Shown: positions 27,044 to 35,502 of the stretch, piece after piece
Position numbering within the stretch: the stretch's first letter is position 1
How the letters are laid out: every line of letters begins with the position of its first letter
From: an uncultured bacterium
Lineage (GTDB): Bacteria; Bacillota; Clostridia; Oscillospirales; CAG-272
Direction of reading: 5' to 3'
Assembly: GCA_945920215.1 (NCBI GenBank)
Contig: CAMEJM010000009.1
Location: 332 to 64,331 of the forward strand
Length of the DNA: 64,000 nt
Program-made: the position numbers and the translations under genes
Notes under the pieces: generated by a model
What the model was told of the DNA's origin: nothing
Database searches by the model: none
The model's input: the letters and a program-made list of their open reading frames with translations, nothing else

Positions 27044-28375
27044 TTATCGGGTTTTGACGAGTTCGCCGACCAGGTCATAGTCGAGGGAATCGGTGATATG
27101 TACCTGCACGAATTCACCGGGCTTTACACGGTGCGGTGCCGAGAAAAACACCTTCCCGTCGATGTCCGGGGCGTCGGCGGCGCTCCGCCCGACGTGGGTG
27201 GAGGCGGCACGGTCGTACCCCTCGCAGAGCACGGTCAGGGTCTTGCCGATTTTCGCGCGTTGCAGCTCCTCGGAAATCGGAAGCTGGGTGCGCATGAGAA
27301 TGTCGTAGCGGTCCTGCTTTACCTGCTCGTCAATCTGGTTCGGGAAAGCGGCGGCGGGGGTGTCCTCCTCCGCGGAATAGGTGAACGCGCCGAAATGGTC
27401 AAAGCGCATTTCCTTGATAAAGGCGCAGAGTTCTTCAAATTCTTCGTCCGTCTCGCCGGGGAACCCGACAATGGCGGTGGTGCGCAGGGTGATGTCCGGG
27501 ATCGCGGCGCGCAGGCGGGCAATCGTGGAACGGATCAGCGCGGCGTTGCCGTGCCGGTTCATGGCGGTGAGAATCCGGTCGTTGATATGCTGCACCGGAA
27601 TGTCCATGTAGGGCAACAGGCGCGGATTGGTTTTCATCTCGGCGATCAGGTCGTCGGTGATCTTGTCCGGGTAGCAGTACAGCAGGCGAATCCACGGAAT
27701 GGAGGTCTCGCGGCAGATGGCGCGCACCAGGTCCGCAAGGCGGTAGGAACCGTAGAGGTCCAGCCCGTAACGCGAGGTGTCCTGCGCGATGAGGTTCAGC
27801 TCCTTTGTGCCCGCCGCTTCCAGGCGCTTGGCTTCCTCCACGATGTCCTCGATGGGACGGGAGCGGAGCCTGCCGCGGATCAGGGGAATGGCGCAGTAGG
27901 TACAGCGGTTGTCGCAGCCCTCCGCGATTTTCAGGTAAGCCGAATAGGGACCTTCGGTGAGAATGCGTTCCCCGCCGAGGGCGGAGCGCTCCTTATCGTC
28001 GAACGCGGAGAATTTTTCACCCGCCTCCACCTTTTTCACCGCTTCGATGATGCGGTCGAGAGAGCCGACACCCACCAGAGCGTCCACCTCGGGCATTTCG
28101 GAGAAGATCTGCTCGCGGTAGCGCTCCGCCATGCAGCCGGTGACCACGATCCCTTTGAGGGACCCGTGCTCCTTGAGCCACGCGATGTCGAGAATGTTTT
28201 CAATCGATTCCCGCTTTGCGCTTTCGATAAAGCCGCAGGTGTTGATCACCACGATGTCCGCTTTGGTTTCGTCCGCCACCAGTTCATACCCCGCTTCGGC
28301 AAGGGAATGAAGCATGACCTCGGTATCGATGCGGTTTTTGGAGCAGCCAAGGGAAATAAAGCCTACTTTTGTCAT
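27044..28375 (-). CDS. rimO: ribosomal protein S12 methylthiotransferase RimO
   Basis: 443 aa. N-terminal VGFISLGCSKNRIDTE, radical-SAM motif CDNRCTYCAIP, and a C-terminal TRAM domain. Confidence 0.9.
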   Translation of the reverse strand: MTKVGFISLGCSKNRIDTEVMLHSLAEAGYELVADETKADIVVINTCGFIESAKRESIENILDIAWLKEHGSLKGIVVTGCMAERYREQIFSEMPEVDALVGVGSLDRIIEAVKKVEAGEKFSAFDDKERSALGGERILTEGPYSAYLKIAEGCDNRCTYCAIPLIRGRLRSRPIEDIVEEAKRLEAAGTKELNLIAQDTSRYGLDLYGSYRLADLVRAICRETSIPWIRLLYCYPDKITDDLIAEMKTNPRLLPYMDIPVQHINDRILTAMNRHGNAALIRSTIARLRAAIPDITLRTTAIVGFPGETDEEFEELCAFIKEMRFDHFGAFTYSAEEDTPAAAFPNQIDEQVKQDRYDILMRTQLPISEELQRAKIGKTLTVLCEGYDRAASTHVGRSAADAPDIDGKVFFSAPHRVKPGEFVQVHITDSLDYDLVGELVKTR

Positions 28376-28397
28376 AGAAAATCCTTTATGTTTGCGT

Positions 28398-28949
28398 TCA
28401 GCCGCGCGTCAGCCAGCGGCGCACGCGGTCACTGTATTTTGCAAGGTAAAGCGCGATGAGACGGGTGAGGAGAATGTCATAGAGCAGATAGCAGAGATTG
28501 CCGAGCACCGCGAGGATCGCCGGGAACAGATAAGGGGGGACGGTGACTCCGAAGAATACCAGACTATCGTTCTCCACGCCGAGCACAAAGAAAAACAGGC
28601 ACAGCATCCCGGCGTAAAGCGCGTTGAAGGACAGAAATTTCAGAAGCCACTGCGGGAGCGGCGGGAGCCTTTCGAGAAAATTCTTGAGAATCGTGAGAAG
28701 CCCCACCATCAGGTATTCGATCGCCGCGAATTTGTTCGGGAGCAGCAGCACCGAGAGCAGCGCGGAGGCAGCCCAGACCATCCAGTACCACCACCCGCCG
28801 AGTTCCAGCACGGCAAACGCGACGAACACGCAGGCGAGGAACACGGTCACCAGATCCAGCACCTCGATGAGGGAGCCGAGATAGAGCAGTACCGTGATCA
28901 GCGCCGTGAGCGCCGCGGAAAGGGTGAGCTTTTTGGTGCGTTTGATCAT
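28398..28949 (-). CDS. small polytopic membrane protein (unknown function)
   Basis: 183 aa with 5 hydrophobic helices. It is tightly packed upstream of rimO. Confidence 0.55.
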   Translation of the reverse strand: MIKRTKKLTLSAALTALITVLLYLGSLIEVLDLVTVFLACVFVAFAVLELGGWWYWMVWAASALLSVLLLPNKFAAIEYLMVGLLTILKNFLERLPPLPQWLLKFLSFNALYAGMLCLFFFVLGVENDSLVFFGVTVPPYLFPAILAVLGNLCYLLYDILLTRLIALYLAKYSDRVRRWLTRG

Positions 28950-29064
28950 GTTCTGATTCCTTGTCGGGTGTGAAAAACCGTTCGCCGCACATAGGTGGGC
29001 GCGGTATTCTGCGGGCGCCCCGGTTCATGGCTGCCGCCTGTTGCCGGCGCGCAGCGGAGGGGTG

Positions 29065-29676
29065 TCAGATACAGCGGCACAGATCGCCGCCCATGCACTC
29101 GCAGCAGCAGTCTGCGATGATCAGATTAGAGCAGCAGTTGCAGACGTCGTTCGCGGCGGAGCGCTGCCCCGCGTTGCCGTAGGCGTTGGTGCGGTATGCG
29201 TTCCCGTAACGACCCGCGCGGTTGCGGTAAATGTCGCGCGACTGCGCGTACTCCCGGTTGCCGGGGTCCATCTGGCAGGCAATATCCAGTTCGGTCATGG
29301 CGTCGTTCGGTCTGCCGCGACGGTCGAGACAAATGCTCTTGAGAAAGTGCCACTCGGCGTTCCGGGCGTCCGGCATGATTTTATCCAGCTCGCTTTCCGC
29401 CGCCGCAAAGTTATTCTGACCCAGCAGGCTGCGGATGTAGGAAAAGGGGGACGACGCGTCGTAGGAGGACGAGGAGGAGCCGTTGCGGGCGCGGATAATC
29501 GTGTCGTACGCTTCGTTGACCTCTTTCATCTTCTCTTCCGCCAAATGGGCGAGAGGGTCGTCGGCGGAGTAGTTATCGGGGTGATATTTACGCGCCAGTT
29601 CCCGGTATGCGGCTTTGATCTCCGAATCGGTGGCGTTGGGGCTGACGCCCAGCACTTCATAGGGATTTTTATTCAT
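29065..29676 (-). CDS. J-domain protein with TPR-like middle and Cys-rich C-terminal tail
   Basis: [32 protein letters not shown] (HPD motif). C-terminus [28 protein letters not shown]. Confidence 0.85.
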   Translation of the reverse strand: MNKNPYEVLGVSPNATDSEIKAAYRELARKYHPDNYSADDPLAHLAEEKMKEVNEAYDTIIRARNGSSSSSYDASSPFSYIRSLLGQNNFAAAESELDKIMPDARNAEWHFLKSICLDRRGRPNDAMTELDIACQMDPGNREYAQSRDIYRNRAGRYGNAYRTNAYGNAGQRSAANDVCNCCSNLIIADCCCECMGGDLCRCI

Positions 29677-29703
29677 TCTTTTTCTCTCTGTCCTTTCCTG
29701 TGA

Positions 29704-30594
29704 TTACGGCAGAACGCCGTCATAGGGACGCGGGGTGCGGGAGGGGCGCTTCTCGCCTGTCAGGAGAAACGCAACGCGGCGGGGCAAGCCGTCATAGAGG
29801 ATGTTTTCAATCAGGCGGCGCATGGTCACGGTTTCGCCGAAAGGCAGGGTCTTCCACGCGGCTTCCCCCTCGGCGAGAATGCAAAGCAGGGCGTCATGAA
29901 TATCCCGGCGGGCGTCCGGCGTGAGCGCGCCCCCGTACATTCTGACATAAGGGTTGTAGTTGCCGCTGCGTAGATCATCCTCGAAATCCTCGGCGGCGTC
30001 GGCGGCGTAGACAAATCTGCCGACCGTATTGCCGAGTTCCCACAGCGCGCAGGCGTGCTCCTGCGGCGCGTCATAGGCGAAGATGTCTCCGAGCAGCTCT
30101 CCGAATATCCCGGCGGGGATGTCGATCGACGCCACCCCCTGCTTCTCCGCTTCGGAGAGCGCCGCAAGGTGGGCGGCAATGCGTTCGTCCAGCTCCGGCA
30201 GGGCGGCGCGGCGGCGGGCACGGGAGAAGACCGACAGGGCGGCGGAGGGCGGCAGCTTTCCGAGGAAACGCTTGTCCCGTTTGTCGTCGAGCAGTTTGTA
30301 GTAAATCAGAATGGCGCTGACCCTTGCGGCGTAATCCACGGCGGCGCTGTCGGTCAGCATGGGACGGCGGCGAAGCGGGTGCGCGATACAGCGGCGCGGG
30401 ACAATCCTGACGTGGTTTTCACCGCACAGAAGCCGCACCAGCGCGAGAAACACAAAATCGTAACTCAGGGAAAAGGAGGTCAGCGGACCTGTCAAACGCT
30501 TCATGGAGCGGCAGACGCCGCAGTATACGGCGCGGTAGAACTCATAGTCGCCCGCCACGAGCGAGGGGCGATAAGGCTTGACATAGCCGAACAT
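29704..30594 (-). CDS. DUF5685-like protein (partner of the J-domain protein)
   Basis: N-terminus MFGYVKPYRPSLVAGDYEFYRAVYCGVCRSMK is typical of this clostridial family as I recall it. It sits 27 nt upstream of the J-domain gene. Confidence 0.6.
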   Translation of the reverse strand: MFGYVKPYRPSLVAGDYEFYRAVYCGVCRSMKRLTGPLTSFSLSYDFVFLALVRLLCGENHVRIVPRRCIAHPLRRRPMLTDSAAVDYAARVSAILIYYKLLDDKRDKRFLGKLPPSAALSVFSRARRRAALPELDERIAAHLAALSEAEKQGVASIDIPAGIFGELLGDIFAYDAPQEHACALWELGNTVGRFVYAADAAEDFEDDLRSGNYNPYVRMYGGALTPDARRDIHDALLCILAEGEAAWKTLPFGETVTMRRLIENILYDGLPRRVAFLLTGEKRPSRTPRPYDGVLP

Positions 30595-30917
30595 AAAGTC
30601 TCCTCTCCGAAGCGTACTTGCAGGCGGCGCGGGGAACCCGGCGCCCGCTTCAGTCGTGTTTCACGGTTTCAGTATAGTATAGCATAACCCCGCCGAAAAT
30701 ACAATGTTGTTTTTATGAATAGATCCCCGGAGCCACGCCCGACGGAAAAAAGCGAGGCGGGCGTGTAAAGCGGCGGAACGCTCCCGTCACGGAAGTCGGG
30801 GAAGAATTAAAAAAGCCGCGGCGACAACGCGGCAAAGAAAAGGCATATCTGCATGGCTCCGCGCTGACAAAGGTCAAATAAAGGCAAGAAAATCGGGGAT
30901 TTTTGGCATCCGCGCAC

Positions 30918-30946
30918 TTGACGGCGCGCCCCGGATGTAGTATACT
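30918..30946 (+). promoter_or_regulatory. sigma-A promoter (TTGACG-N17-TATACT)
   Basis: Hexamers at 30918-30923 and 30941-30946, followed by a 108-nt leader to the exonuclease gene. Confidence 0.6.
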
Positions 30947-31054
30947 CAACAGCGTGTTGGGTACTTTGCCGGGCGCACTGCCGACAGGCGCCGCCGCAGC
31001 GCGGTGCCGTCAGGTGAATTAGCCGCGGACGCGGCGGAAAGAGATTTCATATTC

Positions 31055-32053
31055 ATGTTTTATATTACTCTTGACCTGGAGTGGAACCAGGCGTACGCCG
31101 AGCAGTCGCAGGCGGTACAGAAACGTCTGGGCGCCCGCCTGCGCGGGGAAGTCATCCAGATCGGCGCGGTGAAACTGGACGAATCGCTCCGGCTTTGCGG
31201 CAGTTACAGCGTCATTGTCAAACCGCAGTTCTTCCGCAAGATACATCGTCATGTCAGACAGTTGACGGGTATCACGCAGGATATGATCAACGGCGGCGTT
31301 CCCCTGCCGGAGGCGGCGGAGAGATTCCACCGCTGGTGCGGAAACGATTTCGCGTTCCTGACATGGGGTCCCGACGATATCCCCATGCTGAAGGACAATC
31401 TGCGGGTACACGGGCGCGACACCGCGTGGCTGGACAGGGTGTATGACCTGCAACCCATTTTCAACGCGCAGACCGACGGCGTTTCCAAGCAGCGTTCGCT
31501 GGAATTCGCCATGGAACACTTCCATATCGAGCAGACCCTGCCCGCGCATGACGCCCTCAACGACGCGTATTTCACGGCGCAAGTAGCCGCGAAGATGGAT
31601 ATTGAAAAGGGCATCGAGAACTATTCTCAGAAGAACGGCTCTTATCTTGAGGAAACCGAGATCGGCAACGCCGATACGGGGGAGGAGGGATTCCCGGAGA
31701 TCGGGGATCTGCTTGCCAGCCCCGCGGTGGCACAGCCCGCCTGCCCGATGTGCGGCGCGACCCTTTCCGTGATGGATCGCACCCTGCATTCCAAGGGGCA
31801 GAGATATACGGTGCTGCTGGGTTGTCGGGAGCACGGGCAGATGCTGATGAGCCTGAAGCTGCACCGCAACTTCAACGAGACGTGGCGCGCCCGCAAGCTT
31901 CTGGTCGAGGCGGATGAGGAAACAGTCGCCGCCTACCGTGAAAAGCTCAAAGAGGGAGAGGTGCGGCGCAAGACCCGCACCCGCCGCCGTCGCAGAAAAC
32001 CGCGCGAGGGCGGGGCAGAAGAACGGGTGCCGGCGGGAAAAGCCGGCGAGTGA
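31055..32053 (+). CDS. DEDDh 3'-5' exonuclease (ERI-1/KapD-like) with C-terminal zinc-ribbon and Arg-rich tail
   Basis: ExoI LDLEWN, ExoII FLTWGPDDIPML, ExoIII HDALNDAYFTAQV. These are followed by CPMCG...C.EHG and RRKTRTRRRRRKPR. Confidence 0.75.
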   Translation: MFYITLDLEWNQAYAEQSQAVQKRLGARLRGEVIQIGAVKLDESLRLCGSYSVIVKPQFFRKIHRHVRQLTGITQDMINGGVPLPEAAERFHRWCGNDFAFLTWGPDDIPMLKDNLRVHGRDTAWLDRVYDLQPIFNAQTDGVSKQRSLEFAMEHFHIEQTLPAHDALNDAYFTAQVAAKMDIEKGIENYSQKNGSYLEETEIGNADTGEEGFPEIGDLLASPAVAQPACPMCGATLSVMDRTLHSKGQRYTVLLGCREHGQMLMSLKLHRNFNETWRARKLLVEADEETVAAYREKLKEGEVRRKTRTRRRRRKPREGGAEERVPAGKAGE

Positions 32054-32087
32054 GCCGTTTGAAGCCTGTCATAAAAGAATCAGCATG

Positions 32088-32124
32088 AAAAAGCAGAGGA
32101 CGAACCTCTGCTTTTTCTGTTTTT
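32088..32124. terminator. bidirectional rho-independent terminator
   Basis: AAAAAGCAGAGG-ACGAA-CCTCTGCTTTTTCTGTTTTT, between convergent genes. Confidence 0.85.
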
Positions 32125-32147
32125 CCGGATAACGGAGTAGCGGAAAA

Positions 32148-32822
32148 TTATTTGCTCAGGTTGACGACGCGGTTGCGCTCGGAGACAAGACCGTTTGCGT
32201 CGGCAATCAGCTTCTCCGCCTTCTCGGGGTCGGAAAGCGCGCCTTTCAGCTCCGCGATGACGGCGGCGAGTCCAGCGTCGCACTCCGCGGTGTTCGCCGC
32301 GGGGTTGGCAGGGCTGTACCGCAGGGCGGCGGCGAGATCCGCAAGCTGCCCTTTCAAGCCGGCGGGGGCGGCATTGGCGAGGGCGTCCGCTTCCGTGGCG
32401 AGGGCGCGCATCGGGTAACGGTTGACGCGGCCGGCAGTCTCCAGCGCGCGGACTTCATCTTTTGCGAAGAGGGTAAGCAGCAGGAAAATCAGCGCTACCC
32501 CGAACAGGATGGAAAGAATCAGAACAGCGTACTGCGGCGCGAGTTTTGCGGCAAAGGGCAGCATGATCGCGCAGGCAATGAGCTGCACAGCGGTATACAC
32601 CGAGGAGACCGCGAATGCCGGAATTTTCAGAAAGCGGGTGGCGGGGGCGCGGGAAGACGCCTGCGCGCAGGTCAGCGCCGTCTGAATGAGCAGGGCAAGC
32701 AGTGTAAAGGCATAGATGATCCAGAACGTGGTGCTGTGCGTAAAGGGAAGCAGAAAGACCAAGAGGTGGAAAATCGCGAGCAGAACCAGACATACGGAAA
32801 ATGAAAGCGCGAATTTTTTCAT
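32148..32822 (-). CDS. 4-TM membrane protein, paralog of 10659..11366
   Basis: Start at MKKFALSF (32822). Same helix layout and shared motifs (FWIIYAFTLLALLIQ, ALRYSPA, LVSERN) as the membrane protein in the TIR operon. Confidence 0.65.
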   Translation of the reverse strand: MKKFALSFSVCLVLLAIFHLLVFLLPFTHSTTFWIIYAFTLLALLIQTALTCAQASSRAPATRFLKIPAFAVSSVYTAVQLIACAIMLPFAAKLAPQYAVLILSILFGVALIFLLLTLFAKDEVRALETAGRVNRYPMRALATEADALANAAPAGLKGQLADLAAALRYSPANPAANTAECDAGLAAVIAELKGALSDPEKAEKLIADANGLVSERNRVVNLSK

Positions 32823-32943
32823 ATGGGTATCCTTTCTTGTCGCCCCGCAGGGGCGGTGTGTAATGAGAAAGCCTGCGGCGGGGGATGTGACCGCGCGGCG
32901 GGACAGCGGACGGACAGGTGCGCAGCTTGCGGCGGAGCAGCCG

Positions 32944-33195
32944 TTACAGGGCGTCCAATGCGGGAAGCAGCTCCGCCGGGGTGACGCCGAGCGCAGCCGA
33001 GAGATAGACAAGCTCATAATCCGTGACCATGCGGGCGTTGTGCTCGATCTTGCTCACCATCTGCTGGTCGATCGAGATACCGTAGGTTTGCAGTTTTGCA
33101 GCCAATTGCCCCTGCGACATTCCGCGCGAGGTGCGCAGGTTTTTCAAAGCAGACGAGATGACGTTTTTGTGACCGTTATAATCTGTTTTTTTCAT
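32944..33195 (-). CDS. XRE-family helix-turn-helix transcriptional regulator
   Basis: 83 aa. LKNLRTSRGMSQGQLAAKLQTYGISIDQQMVSKIE. GGAGG RBS before the ATG at 33195. Confidence 0.8.
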   Translation of the reverse strand: MKKTDYNGHKNVISSALKNLRTSRGMSQGQLAAKLQTYGISIDQQMVSKIEHNARMVTDYELVYLSAALGVTPAELLPALDAL

Positions 33196-33270
33196 TGACG
33201 GTGCGAACCTCCTTATTTGGTATTTACGGATTCTTCCATTAAATTTTACCATATATTTGGTTTTTGTGTA

Positions 33271-33301
33271 CGCTATATTAGAGTAATAAGCGAATATAGC
33301 G
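33271..33301. promoter_or_regulatory. operator-like perfect 9-bp inverted repeat
   Basis: CGCTATATT-N13-AATATAGCG, in the AT-rich divergent region between the XRE gene and the structural operon. Confidence 0.45.
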
Positions 33302-33638
33302 TAAAACGGGACCGGATAAAAAACGGGGAGTGCGGCATGGAGGACAGACGAAAAGGAGCGGAGACGAAACAGGCGGGGCGGAGAGGGAGGAGGGCGCAGG
33401 GGGAACGGAGTGTGCAAAGGAGAGCGACTGGGTGCGAAAAGAGGGATTTGCAGGCGGGGAAAAATCGCATGGTTTCGCATCGTTTCGCTTGGTCAGCGGC
33501 GGGCTGCGGAGAGCCGGGCCAGGTCGGTCAGGGTGTTTTCACCGAGAGAAAAGCAGGCGCCAGAACAACGGCGAAACGCCTTGCATTTCAGGCAACGCTT
33601 TGTTTTTCGGGGCAGGGGCGGGACAAGTGCATATACGC

Positions 33639-33670
33639 GGCGGGCGGCAGCCCGCCTTATTTTGTTTTAC
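33639..33670 (+). terminator. intrinsic terminator inside the leader of the structural operon
   Basis: GGCGGGC-GGCA-GCCCGCC followed by TTATTTTGTTTT, 136 nt upstream of terS. Confidence 0.6.
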
Positions 33671-33805
33671 CCCCCGAAAAAGACCTTTTCGGTTCCGTGG
33701 CAAATGAGCCCGACGGCAGGCGCCGCCGCCTTAGAATGGAGATGCGGTGAAAGCGAGGGGCAACCCGAGCAGCCCCGATACAAGCGAAAGAGAAAGGAGA
33801 GACGA

Positions 33806-34126
33806 ATGGCGTACAGTCAATGCTTTGAGCGGCAGATGCTCCAATATTTTTCGGACGAGTCCACGCCGGAGTTCCCTACCTTTGCATCGTTTGCGATGAA
33901 GATCGGGGTGCCGATGAGGGAGCTGGAGGCTTGGCGGCGCGAGCAGTCGACTTTTGCCGCCGCGTGGGAGGAATGCCGGGAGAGGCAGAAATCCGCCCTG
34001 ATACGCGGCGCTTTGGCAAAACGGTATGACGCGAGCACCGCCAAATACCTTCTGGGAACCCTGTTCGGGCTTGGCGAGGAGCAGGCGGAACAGAGTTTCT
34101 CCGTCACGGTGGAGGTGGTCGAATGA
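33806..34126 (+). CDS. terminase small subunit
   Basis: 106 aa. HTH-like PTFASFAMKIGVPMRELEAWRRE...AAWEECRERQKSALI.GAL...Y....AKYLL, typical of terS. ATGA stop/start overlap with terL. AAAGGAGAG RBS. Confidence 0.65.
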   Translation: MAYSQCFERQMLQYFSDESTPEFPTFASFAMKIGVPMRELEAWRREQSTFAAAWEECRERQKSALIRGALAKRYDASTAKYLLGTLFGLGEEQAEQSFSVTVEVVE

Positions 34127-35490
34127 AGCTGCGCGTGACGCGCAAACAGAAGCAATTTCTGGACGCGAGCGCGACAGAAGTGCTGTTCGGCGGTGCTGCC
34201 GGGGGCGGCAAATCCTACGGACAGCTCATCGACGCCTTCCTCTTTGCCCTGCGCTATCCCGCTTCCAAGCAGCTGATCCTGCGGCGGACGTTTGCCGAGC
34301 TTGAAAAGTCCCTCATCCGCGTGAGTCTGACCCTGTTCCCGCGCACGGTATATACCTACCATGCGACGGCGCACACGGGCAGATTCCCGAACGGGAGCCT
34401 GATCGACTTCGGTTACTGCGCAAACGAAAACGACGTATTTCAGTATCAGAGCGCGGAATACGACGTGGTACGCTTTGACGAGCTGACGCATTTCACGGAA
34501 TTTCAGTACCTTTATCTGATTTCCCGTGTGCGCGGCGCGAACGGCTACCCCAAGCAAATCAAGTCCTCGACCAACCCCGGCGGCGTGGGCCACGGGTGGG
34601 TCAAGGCGCGGTTTGTCGACCCTGCGCCGCCCGAAACCGTCTTTGAAGCGGCGGACGGCAGCACAAGGGTTTTCATACCGTCAAAAATCGATGACAACCT
34701 GTTCCTGACGCGCGCCGACCCCGACTATCGTCGGCGGCTGCTGGCACTGCCGGAGAGGGAGCAGAGGGCGCTTCTGCGGGGAGACTGGAACATTTTTGAA
34801 GGACAGTACTTCACGGAGTTCTCTTATGAAACGCACACCTGCGACCCGCTTCCTCTGCCCGCCGAATGGCGGCGCTATCGCACCATTGACTACGGGCTTG
34901 ACCGCCTGGCTTGCCTGTGGGTGGCTGTGGATCACGAACGGAACGCGTATGTCTATCGGGAACTGTGTGAGTCGGATCTGATTGTTTCCCGTGCCGCGGA
35001 GAAAATTCTGGAAGCCACCCCGCCCGAGGAGCGCATTTATGCCACCCTTGCCCCGCCCGATCTCTGGGCGCGCAGTCAGGAGAGCGGGCGCAGCAAGGCG
35101 CTCCTGTTCGCGGAGAACGGACTTCATTTCACCAAGACCGCAAACGACAGGGAAACAGGCTGGCTTTCCGTCAAGGAGCTGTTGCGCCGCGACGGCGAAG
35201 GGAGGGCGCGTCTGCACATTTTCAGGACGTGTACGGAGCTGATCCGGTGTCTGCCGATGTTGCAGATCGACCCGTTGCGCCCGACCGACACGCTGACCGA
35301 GCCGCACAGCATCACCCACGCACCCGACGCCCTGCGCGGGTTCGCCATCTATTACAGCCGCCCCGCCGATCCGCCCTCGCCGGCGTCGGCGGTCTGGTCG
35401 CCGGACTTGATGGAGGACTACGAGCGGGCAGGCGAGGAGGAGAGGGAATATCTGCGCAGGCGGTGGGGAACTCCCTCTTTTCCCACATAG
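34123..35490 (+). CDS. terminase large subunit
   Basis: Walker A FGGAAGGGKSY, Walker B VVRFDELTHF, and a C-terminal RNaseH-like nuclease half (DYGL...). Confidence 0.9.
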   Translation: MKLRVTRKQKQFLDASATEVLFGGAAGGGKSYGQLIDAFLFALRYPASKQLILRRTFAELEKSLIRVSLTLFPRTVYTYHATAHTGRFPNGSLIDFGYCANENDVFQYQSAEYDVVRFDELTHFTEFQYLYLISRVRGANGYPKQIKSSTNPGGVGHGWVKARFVDPAPPETVFEAADGSTRVFIPSKIDDNLFLTRADPDYRRRLLALPEREQRALLRGDWNIFEGQYFTEFSYETHTCDPLPLPAEWRRYRTIDYGLDRLACLWVAVDHERNAYVYRELCESDLIVSRAAEKILEATPPEERIYATLAPPDLWARSQESGRSKALLFAENGLHFTKTANDRETGWLSVKELLRRDGEGRARLHIFRTCTELIRCLPMLQIDPLRPTDTLTEPHSITHAPDALRGFAIYYSRPADPPSPASAVWSPDLMEDYERAGEEEREYLRRRWGTPSFPT

Positions 35491-35502
35491 AAAGGACAGA
35501 AG

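Noticed and set aside
33217-33750. 177-aa ORF filling the leader between the XRE gene and terS.
   Set aside because: It has no SD sequence and starts inside the AT-rich promoter patch. The translation is Arg/Gly-rich low complexity, and it spans an intrinsic terminator.
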